NCBI RefSeq assembly: GCF_018350175.1
Contig: NC_058369.1
Coordinates: 15,192,001 to 15,256,000 of the forward strand
DNA length: 64,000 bases
From: Felis catus
Lineage: Eukaryota
Direction: 5' to 3'
Shown: in pieces, positions 13,090-26,109 of the stretch
Layout: every line of letters begins with the position of its first letter
Numbering within the stretch: position 1 is the stretch's first letter
The notes under the pieces: model-generated
Database searches by the model: none
Seen by the model: the letters and a program-made list of their open reading frames with translations, nothing else
What the model was told of the DNA's origin: nothing
Program-made: the position numbers and the translations under genes

Positions 13090-13418
13090 TACTGAATTGA
13101 CCAAACTGTCGAGATCATCAAAAACAAGGAACTGATTTTGAGGAACTGTCGTTTATCAGAGGAGCCTAAGACAACTGAATGTAATATGGCACCCGGGAGG
13201 GGGTCCTGAGACAGAAAAAGGACATTCAAGAAAAACTAATGAAAGCTGAATGAGGACTGACGTTTACTGTACCCATGTTGGCTTCTTAGTGTTGACAAAT
13301 GTACCATGGCAACATAAGATGTCAACGTAGGGGACCCCGGGTGTGGCATGTTATGGGAGCTCTCATCTACCGTCTTTGAACTTCCCTATGAATCTAAAAT
13401 GGTTCTAGAATGAGAAGG
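13090..13418 (+). mobile_element. L1MC-like 3' end fragment
   Basis: ...gtcctgagacagaaaaaggacatt...tgtaccatgg...aagatgtcaac...gaatctaaaatggttctagaat. Confidence 0.7.
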
Positions 13419-13426
13419 CTATTTAA

Positions 13427-13632
13427 GGGGCGCCTGGGTGGCTGAGGTGGCGAAGCATCCGATTTCAGCTCGGGTCACGATCTCCCGGTTTGAGTTCGAG
13501 CCCCGCATTGGGCTCTGTGCTGACAGCTCGGAGCCTGGAGGCTGCTTCGGATGTTGTGTCTCCCTCTCTCTTGGCTCCTCCCCCGCTTGCTCTCTGTCTC
13601 TCTCAAAAATAAAGATTAAAAATGTATAAAAA
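13427..13632 (+). mobile_element. Can-SINE
   Basis: SINE body; TSD agaaggctattt. Confidence 0.93.
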
Positions 13633-14029
13633 AGAAGGCTATTTGCAAGGGAGTGAGGAGAAGAGACATTGTTTCCCAGTGGGGCGCTCAGGGACAGCTT
13701 TGTGGACAAGGTGTCATCTGCGCTGTTGAAGGGCATGCAGGTTTCGGTGGGACTGGGTTTGCAGTGGGTGGGGGAGCCCCAGCAGGGACTCAAGAGACGG
13801 AGGAGGGGACCTCGTTGTCACTGGGGCGCTGTGGACAAATAGCACAATGATCTCAGCCAGTGTTGTTTGCTTTCGACTCAAGGATTCTCTGAATCGGGAG
13901 GCGATTCGGCAGCCCCAGGGCTAATGAGAGCACCACCAGATTTCGTCTGCAGGGAGGGTGGTTCAGGGGGCTGTAATGCCCAGGAGCTCTGGGCCTGGGG
14001 CCAGGGCTGGGAGAGAGGGACTCCGTCTC

Positions 14030-14680
14030 CCCGCTCTAGGGAAAAAAGAGTATGTTGGTCCCCCACAAAAACCTGCACACAGATGTTTACAGCAGCTCTA
14101 TTCATAACTGCTAAAAGTTGAAAGCCCCCGGGATGTCCTTCGGGAGGTGAATGGATGAGTAAACTGTGGTCCGTCCAGACCGTGGAAGGTCAGTGCTAAC
14201 AGGACGTGAGCTATCAAGCTATGAAAAGACACCGGGGAAACTTACATGCATTTTACTCAAAGAAGCTGATCTGAAAAGCTGACACACCGTATGAGTCCAA
14301 CTACATGACATTCAGGAAAAGACAAAGCCGTGGGGACAGTAAGATCCGTGGTCGCCAGGAGCTGGGGGGAGGAGGGACGAGCACGGGGGATTTTTAGGGC
14401 AGCGAGACTACTCTGGGCGATGCTGTGATGATGGACACGTGTCATCGTACATTTGTCCAAACCCGCAGTAAGCAGAACAGCAAGGGCGAGCCCTGATGTG
14501 AACCGTGGCCCGCGGGGGACTGCGACGTGTCACTCTCGGGTCATCGGTTACGGCCACAAGTGTCGCATTCTGGTGGGGGATGTTGATAAGGAGGCTGTGC
14601 GTGTACGGGGGGACGGGGGCAAGTGGGGGAACCCCTGTACTTGCCTCTTGAGTTTACTGTGAACCCGGAGCTGCCCTGGA
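14030..14680 (+). mobile_element. L1MC-like 3' region
   Basis: aaaacctgcacacagatgtttacagcagctctattcataactgc (L1 ORF2 C-terminal TCTQMFTAALFITAK) followed by an L1M 3' UTR. Confidence 0.8.
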
Positions 14681-15726
14681 AACAGAGGGTGGCCTCCAAG
14701 CCAACCTTCACAGAAAACGAAATCCGAGTCTGTTGAGGGGGGAGCAGGGGTCCGGACGAACCGTCTCCACTGCGGCCTCGGCCGCGGAGCCCCCCTTTGA
14801 AGACGCCCAGCCCCGGGCCGTCTGGGAGGCTCTGCCTTTACTGGAGTCGTTCCAGGGCCCGGGGGGGGGGGGGGGGGGAGGACAGCAGACGTTGGGCATT
14901 TACGGGACTGCTTCCTGGAGGAGGCTCCGCGTGAGTGGGCATTTCATCGACTTCACCCTGCGGCCTAAGCCCCACCCTGGCCCTCCCCACTTTCTCAAAG
15001 GTCCTCCCTAACGGGAACATTTTGTTAACTGTCACGTCCACACACGCAGTGCTCCCTGTTCGTGGAAGATTCTTATTCTTCTCATTCCATCCTGATTCCC
15101 AGATAATTGACCCGGAGGCAAAGACGAAAGCCCCAGACTACAGGACAGTCTGCCTTTTGAAAGGGGCCAAGCAATCGCTGGAGGACTGTGTGGCTGTTCC
15201 CCAGAGCGGACGACCGTGTGTCCTACGGGGAAGCCCGGTCCGGATTGTCCCCGGTGCAGATGGCAGCTGGCAGGACAGGACCCTAATTGGGAGAGGATCC
15301 TGCGACCTCCTCACCAATTAAATGTTTTCTCGGCAGCCGGGGACAGCTGCGTGAGGAACGCACTTGTAATCGCTCTGGGCAGCCGGTGAACGTTTTTCCG
15401 CCACCAGAAGTGGCCCTAGCGATCGTAGGAGGTATCGACTGTGCCTGCTGTACAGGCCTGGAAAATTGGACTCCGAAGCCAGAAGAGCGACATTAGCAAC
15501 CTGGCTTTTTCAACAGAAGCTCTAACGAGGCAGAGCCGGGCCCTTGGGGAATAATTACTTCCAACCATCAGGAAAGTCGCCTGGGCCAGAAATAGGTGCT
15601 TGCTGACTCACAACTTTCAGAGGGGCAGAGAGTCTGGGGGTGAGGGTTTGGAACCTCTATCCCCAATCAGGCCCCTGGAACTGCATTCAAAATTGTCTCT
15701 CGAGACTGTTTCCTGGGGAGAGAGGT

Positions 15727-16689
15727 GTTTTTTTTTTTTTTTTTTAATGTTTATTTTTATTTAATTTTTTATTTTAAAAAAAAATTTTTTTTTCAACGTT
15801 TATTTATTTTTTGGGACAGAGAGAGACAGAGCATGAACGGGGGAGGGGCAGAGAGAGAGGGAGACACAGAATCGGAAACAGGCTCCAGGCTCCGAGCCAT
15901 CAGCTCAGAGCCTGACGCGGGGCTCGAACTCACGGACCGCGAGATCGTGACCTGGCTGAAGTCGGACGCTTAACCGACTGTGCCACCCAGGCGCCCCTTT
16001 ATTTAATTTTTTAAATGTTTTATGTATTTATTTATTTTTTTTTTAAATTTTTTAACGTTTATTTATTTTTGAGACAGAGAGAGACAAAGCATGAACGGGG
16101 GAGGGTCAGGGAGAGGGAGACACAGAATCTGAAGCAGGCTCCAGGCTCTGAGCTGTCAACACAGAGCCCGACGCGGGGCTTGAACTCACAGACCGCGAGA
16201 TCATGACCTGAGCCAAAGTCGGCCGCTTAACCGACTGAGCCACCCAGGCGCCCCTTTTATGTATTTATTTTTGAGAGAGAGAGAGAGAGAGGCTCCCAAG
16301 CCTCTCCATGCAGGCTCCAGTCTGTCAACACACAGCCTGATGTGGAGCTCTATCCCATGACCTTGGGATCATAACCTAGGCTGAAATCAAGAGTCAGATG
16401 CTCAACTGACTGAGCCACCAAGGCGCCCCAGGGATAGAGCTTTCTATATCTTTCTTTTTTATTAAATTTTTTAAATGTTTATTTACTTTTGAGAGAGAGA
16501 GAGAGAGACAGCGTGAGGGAGGGAGGAGCAGAGAGAGAGAGAGAGAGAGAGGGAGACACAGAATCTGAAGCGGGCTCCAGGCTCTGAGTTGTCAGCGCAG
16601 ACCCGGATGCAGAACTCGAACTCACGATCCGTGAGACCATAACTTGAGCTGAAGCTGGATGCTTAACCAACTGAGCCGCCCAGGCGCCC
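15727..16689 (-). mobile_element. Stack of four same-strand Can-SINEs (15785-15997 young, 16040-16255, 16256-16428, 16465-16689)
   Basis: Four SINE bodies; TSDs ttttatttaatttt, tttatgtatttattt and tagagctttctat. Confidence 0.94.
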
Positions 16690-17671
16690 TAGAGCTTTCT
16701 ATTTCTTGATTGTGATTGATGGTCACAGGATTATAGGCATCTGTCAAAACGGTCATAAAGCTGTCAACTTCAAAGGGTCAATTCTACGATATGTAAATTA
16801 TTCCCGAATTGAAGCACACACAAAACACATCTGCCCCGTGTCCCTTGAGTCTGCTCCCCTCATCCAGACCTGGGTGGGCCTCTGCATGGTCCGATGCTAA
16901 CAGCATGTCCTGCCTACAAATCCCAAGGTTCCTTGTATGGTTCTTCAAAGGAGGGGAAATGCCAGTACAGGATTTTTGAAAACTTGGAAATCTCTAAAGC
17001 AGTGGCCTCCCATAGTGGTCCCCCTCAGAACTCCCTGGGACCTCTGACACCCCAGACCCAGGCCCCACCTGGCCAGCGGTGACAGAATCTCTAGGGTTGG
17101 GACCCAGCCTCAGGACTTTTGAAGCCCTACCCTTGACCCCCCATAACCCCTCCCCCCGACCCCATGATAGTTCTGTGGTAACAGATTAGACCTACAGCTC
17201 TCAAGTCATGAGGAATGGATCGTGTTTTCAATCTGTCACTATTACATCTTTGGAGATAGTGTCAGAAGACTGCTTTTGAGGTCCTGTGCTCTCCCACTCC
17301 ACACGCACCCCACGGGTGCTTGGAGCCCTCAGATTTCCATCTTGCTACTTACGGTGGGGCCTCCACAGTCTCCTCCCTCCACCAGCCAAGGCTCAACTGG
17401 GAACGTTGACCCCTGGGTTCCCACTGCCTTCCCCACCACCTGCCGCTCCCACCTCTGCCCCTGGAGGCAAACCGTTGCCCAGAGGAAGGAGCCTGGATCC
17501 TGGAACTGAACTCTGGTTCCAAGTCCCTGCCGATGGTGAGATTCCCCCAGAGCCCCTCCCCCGGGTCGGGGCAAACCACCCTCCCCGGATTTCAGGGTTC
17601 CCATCAACAAGATGAGGGAAAGGGGTATATAAGGACCCATTTGGGAAACTCAAGCGTTCAAAGCCTAGCTA

Positions 17672-17858
17672 TTTTTTTTTTTTTTTTTTTTGAGACAGCG
17701 TGAGTGAGGGGAGGGGCAGAGAGAGGGAGACAGGATCCGAACAGGATTCTCCCCTGACAGCAGGGAGCCTGACGTGGGGCCTGAACTCACGAACTGTGAG
17801 ATCATGACCTGAGCTGAAGTGGGAGGCTCAACCCACCGACCGAGACACCCAGGCGCCC
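17672..17858 (-). mobile_element. Can-SINE
   Basis: SINE body; TSD ttcaaagcc(t/c)agctattt. Confidence 0.93.
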
Positions 17859-18539
17859 TTCAAAGCCCAGCTATTTCTCACCTACGGTTCCCTGGAGGGC
17901 AGGACCCCGCGTCCTTTGTCTCTAGGTTCCCAGCAGGTGTCACTGCAGCGGGATACCAAATTCATTATTTGCCAGATCCGTGATTGCTAAACCTTGTGTC
18001 TCACGGGGAAGAGGACCAAGCTATTTTCAGGCTGGTGGGTGCAGGTCTCTGAAACAGCTGCCGGCTCCCGTGGGGAGGCTTCTGACGTGACCCAGATTTC
18101 TAAGTGCGCCTGTGCTCGCAGACAGGCTGTCGCCGTGGCCATGCCCACCCGCCCGACCAGGAGGAGGGCCCTGGGCTCTGCCCTTTCACGTGTTCTGTCC
18201 CTTTCCTGGGCAGCCCTGACCGGGCATGAGGCTGTCCCCTCTGGAGGGGAGAAGGGCGGGGAGGGGGGCACTGTGCGGAGTGGTGTGGCGTTTTGAATTC
18301 TCCAGAATTTTTTTTAAAGGGTCCTTCGTTGAATGTCGGCCAAGTGGCCGGACTGCCAAAAAAGCGATGACCTAGGCAGCGGCCCTCAGCCCTCATTCCC
18401 CCCCCCCCCCCCGAGCCCTAGGGAGGCCGCGCATCCCACCCGAGGGCACCAGTTTCCCATTCAGAGGGTGTGTGCTGTACTTGGCAGAGTAGGGGGAGGG
18501 AGGCTGGATGCCCAAAATCAAGGTGTCCCATACTCCCTC

Positions 18540-18795
18540 TGATGGTCCCAGGGAAGAATCCTCCCTTGCCTCTTCAGAGCTTCTGGTGAGACACCAGATC
18601 ACTGTAATCGCTGTCCCTATCATCACAGGGACTTCTTCCCTTCTTCACATAAGGAAGGACATTAGTCACTGGATTTAGGGCCCACCCTAATCCCGTGTGA
18701 CCTCATTTTAACTAATTGTATCCATAAAGACCCTATTTCCGAGTAAGGTCTAAGTTGACCTGAATTTTCGGGGGATGCTATATAAGCCAGTGTGG
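18540..18795 (-). mobile_element. MaLR LTR fragment (MLT1B/C-like)
   Basis: aggacattagtcactggatttagggcccaccctaatcc...gacctcattttaact...aagaccctatttcc. Confidence 0.8.
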
Positions 18796-19084
18796 TATCC
18801 CTGCGGCTGGCCCACTCCAGGGCCAGGAGCCCCCTCCCCTGCCACTCTGCCCTGTGCCGTCACCCCAATACCTGTCCCGGGGCCGCCATAGTCCTGAGAG
18901 GGCATTTGTGCAGAGCCTGCGTGAACTCCGTTGGGAGGGCTTTTCGGGCAAAGTCTGGGCAAGGTGAGCTCAGCCTGAATCCGAAGACTTAAGTCAACTT
19001 CCAGCAGACCTTGGGAAGTCACTAGTCCCAGAGCCTGAAGCTCCCTGCAGTCCCACAGGCTAACAGGGTGACGTTCTAAGAGTG

Positions 19085-19775
19085 TGCACATAAAGATCAA
19101 CTCCTTCCCCTCTCTGCAGGAAATTCCCACCCAGGATGATAAAGTTACAAACAGTTTTATTATTTGCCTCCTGGCAATAATTTTGATTATTCTGAAGATG
19201 CCTGCCTCTGAACTTTTATTTATCTGGCTACTAGCCTTCGCTAGGGTCAGGATTCCCTCCCTCCAAGCAGTAATTGCTCAGTGGGGCTTATCACACAGCT
19301 GTTTACTCTTAAACTCCATTCAAAACCTTCCTTGCTCTGTATCCCCCGATCCTCAAGTATTACATCAAAAACTCGGGGCGCCTGGGTGGCTCAGTCGGTT
19401 GAGTGTCCGACTTCGTCTCAGGTCATGATCTTGTGGTTGACGAGTTCGAGCCCCGCATCAGGCTCTGTGCTGACAGCTCGGAGCCTGGAGCCTGCTTTGG
19501 ATTCTGTGTCTCCCTCTCTCTCCGCCCCTCCCTCGCTCATGCTCTGTCTCAAAAATAAACATTAAAAAAAAAAAAAAAAAAAAAAAAAACTCAGCTCAAT
19601 CTCAATCTGTTCCTCACAGTTGAAGACCTACCTTAAACCGGACCCCCCAGATCCCATGTACATGGCACCCTTGGCCTTGATGCTCTGGGACAGGGGTCTC
19701 CCTTGAAGCAGATAGCAGCAAGTTGAGCCTCGAGGGCTCTGAGGGCTCTGTAGGTGGTATTTTACCAGGAGTCTC
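19085..19775 (+). mobile_element. Probable ERV solo LTR with an inserted Can-SINE (19375-19589, +)
   Basis: tg...ca bounded LTR-like segment; the SINE has a long A tail and TSD aaaaactc. Confidence 0.5.
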
Positions 19776-19910
19776 AGTCTCCTATATTTTATATTTATAG
19801 TTTATAAATATGTAAGTGCATGTTATTATGTATAAATACATATTTGCATATTTTACATTATATATTTGTATGTCTATATATATGTTTTAGAGGGATGTTT
19901 CTTTTAAAAA

Positions 19911-20340
19911 AATTTTTTTTAACATTTTATTTATTTTTGAGACAGGGAGAGACAGAGCATGAACGGGGGAGGGTCAGAGAGAGGGAGACACAGAATCCGA
20001 AACAGGCTCCAGGCTCCCAGCCTTCAGCACAGAGCCTGACGCGGGGCTCGAACTCACGGACCGCGAGATCATGACCTGAGCCGAAGTCGGCTGCTCAACT
20101 GACTGAGCTGCTCAGGCGCCCCGGGATGTTTCCTTTTTTAAAAAGTGCATTTATTTATTTTGAGAAAGAGTGTGTGAGCAAAGGGAGGGGCAGACAGAGA
20201 GGAGAGAGAGAATCTCAAGCAGGCGCCTCACTTTCTGTGCAGGGCCCGACACGGGGCTCGATCCCACGAACTGTGACATCATGACCTGAGCCAAAATCAA
20301 GAGTCAGACGCTTAACTGACTGAGCCACCCAGGCGCCCCC
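19911..20340 (-). mobile_element. Two Can-SINEs (19911-20122, 20133-20340)
   Basis: Two SINE bodies; TSD gggatgttt around the first. Confidence 0.93.
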
Positions 20341-21000
20341 TGTATACTTCTATTTTATAAAGTCTGTAAAATGGGGTAACAATTCCCTACTTCACCCACC
20401 ATATAGACTTGTGGGTTCCCCACTCACCCCCACTCCTGCACCAAAGAGGAAAATGGAGACCAGCAAAAATTCTCGTCAGCAGAACATACTCCAGGATTGA
20501 AGGGAACGGCTACCCACTTGGAAGATTTGGGGTTTTTTAACGGTGATATGTCTGCAAAAGAATCCTGTAAATTGTTGGCTGCTGTATAAACTTCAGGGAC
20601 AATTATTAACAGATATTTTTGTCCCTTTGCCTTTACCTGGAAGCTTTTGAACCAAATAACAAAATCTACTAAGGCGAAACTGGCCATTTGTTGAGAAATT
20701 CTGGGCTCTTGACCAAGAGAGTCTTAACCTTTTATTATTTAGAAACCCCCACCTCCCTGGGGGCTCAGGATGGACCTGGGTGATGTCGGGTGCCAGGGAG
20801 CGGGGGATGGTTCTGGGCGTCTGTTTGGTCCCCCTCCAGGCCATCTTCAGCATTTACCTTGTCCCCATTGGATGGGAGCCACAGGAGAAATTACTGCGCA
20901 GTCAAAGCCAAGAACCTACCGTTTCATAAGTGGTACCTACTGAAAGTTTAGTTATCAGAACTGACTTCAGATAGTTTGCTTTATTTTTCATACATTAAAA

Positions 21001-21195
21001 AAAATTATTTATTTTGAGAGAGAGCGAGAAAGACAGAGAGCAAGAGTGGGGGAGGGGGAGAGAGAGAATCTCAAGCAGGCTCTGCACTGACAGTGCAGAG
21101 CCCGACACGGGGCTCCATGCCACGAACCTCGAGATCATGACCTGACCTGGAATCCAGAGTCAGATGCTTAACCGACTGAGCCCTCCGGGCCCCCC
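21001..21195 (-). mobile_element. Can-SINE
   Basis: SINE body; TSD cagatagttt. Confidence 0.9.
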
Positions 21196-21800
21196 AGATA
21201 GTTTTTGGATAGGTATTTCATGTAAAATGGAGAAGAATGTGCTATTTCGGAGTTGTGCAGAATTCCTCTTAGGTTTAGGAGCATGCCGTGATGGCTTCCG
21301 GGAGCATCCGATGGGATTCTCGGGGCGGCGCTCTTGCAGATCCCGCAGTGGCCAACCCGGCAGCACGTCTGTGGTTTGGCCAAGGGAAAATCAAAACACA
21401 AACTCCTATATCACTTCCCCCAAGTGCTCCTACCACGTCTCGTAGACCTCGTTCTGAGTCAGCACCCAGTCAATTTGAGCATGGCATTCGGTCGCTATGC
21501 CTGTTTAGTTTTTGATGATGTAGAATGGTTCCCCTAGTTTTTTGGTCTCTGAGTATATTGATTTTTGGAGACGATTGGGCCTAGAATGTTCCACCTTCTG
21601 GAATTTGTCACATTGTTTCTTCGGGATGTCATTTTACTCGTTTCTCTCTCTTTTCTGCCAAGCGGGAGTTGGGGCTCAAGTCTCGATTAGATTCATTTTA
21701 GGCAAGAACACTTCACGCGTGTTTTTCAAATAATTTTTTTTTCGGATGATAAAACCGATTCGACATCATTGTAGAGAAAAAACGTTTTTAAAGAAGTACA

Positions 21801-22010
21801 GGGGCACCTGGGTGGCGCAGTCGGTTAAGCATCTTGACTCTTGGTTTCGGCTCAGGTCATGATCTCGAGGTTCGTGAGCTCGAGCCTCGCGTCGGGCTCC
21901 ATGCTAACAGCACGGAGCCTGCTTGGGATTCTGCCTCCCTCTCTCTCTGCCCCTCCCCTGCTCGCTCTCTCTCAAAAATAAACATGAAAAAAATTAAAAC
22001 AAATAAAAAG
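21801..22010 (+). mobile_element. Can-SINE
   Basis: ggggcacctgggtggcgcagtcggttaagc... with A-rich tail. Confidence 0.93.
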
Positions 22011-22167
22011 AAATAGAGATAGCCCATAATGCTACCATCCCCCAAATAAATGTTTTGGTACATATCTTGCCATTCTTCTGTTCTCTGGATATACAGAAAG
22101 AGGGAACAAGAGTGAAAAGACGTACGTATTATATTTAAAAACAAAATTAAGCTCACAGTCACTCTGT

Positions 22168-22278
22168 GTGGTGATGTGTGTACGTGTGTGTATGTGTGTG
22201 TGTATGTGTGTGTGGGTGTATGTGGGGGGGGTGGGGAGGGAGGTGGGTATGTGTGTGGGGGTGAAAGAGAGAGAGAGA
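22168..22278. repeat. Degenerate (TG)n/(GA)n microsatellite
   Basis: gtgtgtatgtgtgtgtgtatgtgtgtg...gagagaga. Confidence 0.85.
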
Positions 22279-23355
22279 TTCATTATTTTATCAGTTTTCT
22301 TGTTGGGCATTTGGGGACTTTCCAACTTGCATCCTCTACGTATGGGATAAACATCCTCGTTCACAAATCCTCTTGTGTCCTCCTCCGAAACGGAATTTAC
22401 TAGACCAGTATTATCACAAGATTTTTGACACACATCGACAGGGTGCCGCAGTTGAATAGGTTTTACATCTGCCAGTCAGGTACGAGCCTGCCCATTTTGC
22501 CAAAGCGGCACCAAACCAGAATTTTCTTTAAAAGATATTTTGAGAGGGGAAAACACAAGGGTAACTCATTTTAGGTTTCATACCTGATTATTTCAGGAAG
22601 CCGAGCGTACGTCCTCGTGCTCATTAGCCCGTTGGGTTTCTCTTTAGTAGAATTTTACCCGTCACTTCTTGTCTGAAGGGTTTTAAAAAAATCTATCTTA
22701 AGAAGACTAAGCTTGTGTCATGTCTGTTGTTCTCATCTGGTTGTAAAATGAAAAGCCATCTCAGGGCTCACTCTCAGCTGCTCTCTCCGTGGGACGGAGC
22801 CCACGACCTGCTGGGCAGAGCAGGGTCTGTGGTGCGGACACAGAGCCTGACACAGTGCCTGGCACCCAGGAGGCCCGCAGCAAAGGCTGGGTGCGTGTTG
22901 TCTTGGCAGATGTACACCCCCCAGGTGATCCCCGTAAGCCCTCAGGAGGCGTCGCCTTCCTAGGACCACAGGGGACCCTGTACGAAGCCACGAGGATGAC
23001 GCTCAGCGCTCCTCCTGACCTTGCTTCCCCGCCTCCCACTTCGTCCCTCTCTCTCCATCTGCTCCTGGTGAGTCCAGACCTGTTTGGATTTGCCTTTCGA
23101 TTTTTCCCTTGGCCGAACTACAGACGCGCTCCCCAGTTTGCTGCGGCCTGATCTGCAAAAGCCCCACCCCCAGAATCACCGTCAGTCAGTCCCGGATGCC
23201 TGGCTTAGAGGGTCGCGTCTCTGAAAGCTGCTGAGGGTGGGAGGTGCGATGCGTGCAGAGGCAGAGGCAGGCCTCCGAAGAAGGCTCAGTCCAGGCTGAT
23301 CTGGGGCGTGAGGACACCCTGGGCAGACCAAGAACTTGGTGTCCTATCAGGTTGA

Positions 23356-24198
23356 TTTTTTTTTTAAGATTTTATTTTATTTTAATTTATTTTATTTTAA
23401 TTTATTTTATTTTAATTTATTTTATTTTATTTTATTTTATTTTGTTTTCTGCTTATTTATTTATTTTGAGAGAGAGAGAGAGAAAGTAAATGGGGGGGGG
23501 GCAGAGAGAGAGAGAGAAAGAGAGAGAATCCCATGCAGGGCTGGATCTCATGAACTGTGAGATCATGACCTAAGCCAAAACCAAGAGTCGGACACTTAAC
23601 CGGCTGAGTCACCCAGGTGCCCCAAGCTTTTATTTATTATTTTTTTTTGAAGGTTTTTTATTTATTTTTGGGACAGAGAGAGACAGAGCATGAACGGGGG
23701 AGGGGCAGAGAGAGAGGGAGACACAGAATCGGAAACAGGCTCCAGGCTCCGAGCCATCAGCCCAGAGCCTGACGCGGGGCTCGAACTCACGGACCGCGAG
23801 ATCGTGACCTGGCTGAAGTCGGACGCTTAACCGACTGCGCCACCCAGGTGCCCCAAGCTTTTTTTTTTTTTTTTTTTTTTAATTTTTTTCAACGTTTATT
23901 TATTTTTGGGACAGAGAGAGACAGAGCATGAACGGGGGAGGGGCAGAGAGAGAGGGAGACACAGAATCGGAAGCAGGCTCCAGGCTCTGAGCCATCAGCC
24001 CAGAGCCTGACGCGGGGCTCGAACTCACGGACCACGAGATCGTGACCTGGCTGAAGTCGGACGCTTAACCGACTGCGCCACCCAGGCGCCCCCCAAGCTT
24101 TTATTTTTAAGCAATCTCTACACGCAATGTGGGGCTCAAACTCACAGCCCTGAGATCAACAGTCGCACACTTTACCGACTGACCCAGCCAGGCTCCCC
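23356..24198 (-). mobile_element. Four-layer SINE stack: (ATTTT)n tail, Can-SINE 23445-23623, young SINEC_Fc 23640-23854 and 23860-24092, short SINEC_c-like 24100-24198
   Basis: Each junction carries aagctttt (23624, 23855, 24095). Confidence 0.95.
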
Positions 24199-24932
24199 CC
24201 GGTGGATATTTTTAAAAAACTTCTTTAATGGGAAGGAAAGAGAAGGTAATTTTCTGTTTTAAAACATAGCGTGCAGAGAGAGCTCTTTTCCTCTATGTTC
24301 CCGGAGTGGCTTCTCTACACCTTGGTCCTGAGTTTTCTGTGTTGCGATCACCAGCGACTTGTCTCTTGCCTTCAGCGGGACTGTGAATACCGGGGAGGTG
24401 CGGGCTTGCCCCATTTGTCTGGGGTCCCCGGCACCTGCGGCCGTGTCTGCCCCATAGAAGGTACTGGAATGAATTGCTGACTCTCTTTCTATAAAAGGCT
24501 GTGGCAGACGCATGGGCTCAAAGGGAGGGGCAAGAAACCCACACATTGCTGGTCTCGGGACCCTTTGGATACCGAGGCCCAGCCCTCGATGGCTCGGAGC
24601 CACTATGGCTGGGCTGTGGGGGGAGGCTCAGAGGGGTATCCCTTGCCCCCCCCCCCCCAGCTGTTCCGGGATTTTCCCGTCTCTGCATCCCAGCTCACAT
24701 TCAGCTCACCTTGTCCTGGATTAACTTTAAAACGCAGCAGTTCGGCTTGGGAGAAGAGAGGCGGGCAAGCTGGAGGGGATCTGAATGAGGCCTAGGGGCT
24801 GGGAGGGTCACCGCCCTTCGTGAACCCGAACAGCAGAGGCAGGAATTTTGATTAGAAACAGAGCAGCCCGAGGCAGAAGGGGCTCCAGAGGCCACCTTGA
24901 ACGATTTACTGTTACTGTTCTTTCCCACTCAC

Positions 24933-25001
24933 CTGCACGCTTTAAATCACTTAAGCTCTCTCTAAACATTTTTAAGAGAAAACAGCTCTGTTAGAAACCT
25001 G
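24933..25001 (-). ncRNA. Candidate non-coding internal exon (66/69 nt)
   Basis: Minus strand has ttccctctttttcgctttgtccaCAG|CAG acceptor and CAG|GTGAGT donor; stop codons occur in all three frames. Confidence 0.35.
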
Positions 25002-26109
25002 CTGTGGACAAAGCGAAAAAGAGGGAACACGGTCGTTTATTCTCCAGTTTTCTCCCTCCTGGTCCCAAAGTGGCACACACACACCCTTCCTGGTCCCAGG
25101 CTAAGAGACCATCCCTCTAGGGTCCCTACACCCTGCCCTCACCTTTGCAAATAGCATCTGTACTGAACTCTCCACCAAGGATCTTATTTGCTTTTGCTGC
25201 CTTTTATTGTCTGGAACCCTGACTGATACTGTTTTGTTTGGAACTTTTCCAAGTGCTGGTCACCATCTGGGAAAACCATGTCACCAACAGCAATGTCATC
25301 GGTGGCATTTGAGTTGCCCATTCAACTCCTCTTGCTCAGTCTGCATTTCAGAACAGCCGCATTCACTTCTGGGTCAATGGTGTTTTCTAGAATAATCACG
25401 CTCAAGCAGTTACGCGTTGAAATGAACGCCCTCTGTTTCTTCTTTTCCTTCTCCTTCCCTTCCTCCTCCTCCTCCTCCTCCTCGTGCTTCTTTTGCAATT
25501 GGGGCATTGTGTTTATTAAAAAAAAAAAATCATGTGTCTGGGTAGATTACTAAATTCAGGAGAGCCTCCTAAAATACCTGTTACAAATGGAAGTCACTGG
25601 GGCTGAAAGGCTGGGGAACCACTGCTGTAATCCTCTTCCCAGCGATTTCTGCTGTTTCTCCCATGCCAGAAGCCCGGACTCACACCACTATGCTGACCAC
25701 AACCACAACAGGCACGTACAAATACAGCCAGTGCCGTTTGTCCGCGTCTTCTGTGAACTCTCTGCTTCACATACGCTTTCTCCTTTTAGCTTTGTCCTGC
25801 TTCTGAGTTGCTACTTGATATATAATACCTGTCCTCACTTCCCTTTGCGGCTGTGATAAAAAAAAAAAACCAACAGGACAATAAAAAGCACTAAACTTGT
25901 AGTGAAAAAACCACTATGGACATGATATTAACAGCCCCTCTTGGAACAGGGCGCGGCTGTACTCGCTTCCGGGTTGTCACCGATGGGTTGGCCACGAAGG
26001 AGAAGTCACTGGATTCTGGCATCACATGGACGAGCCTTTCCCACTCCCTCGTCCCACCCCTGTTCGTCAGAAGCAGTCCTGTCTCTTCAACGGCTCGTCT
26101 CCCCACGGC

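Noticed and set aside
15399..15417. CTCF-like CCACCAGAAGTGGC
   Set aside because: It needs an indel relative to the CCASYAGRKGGC core, so the match is too weak.
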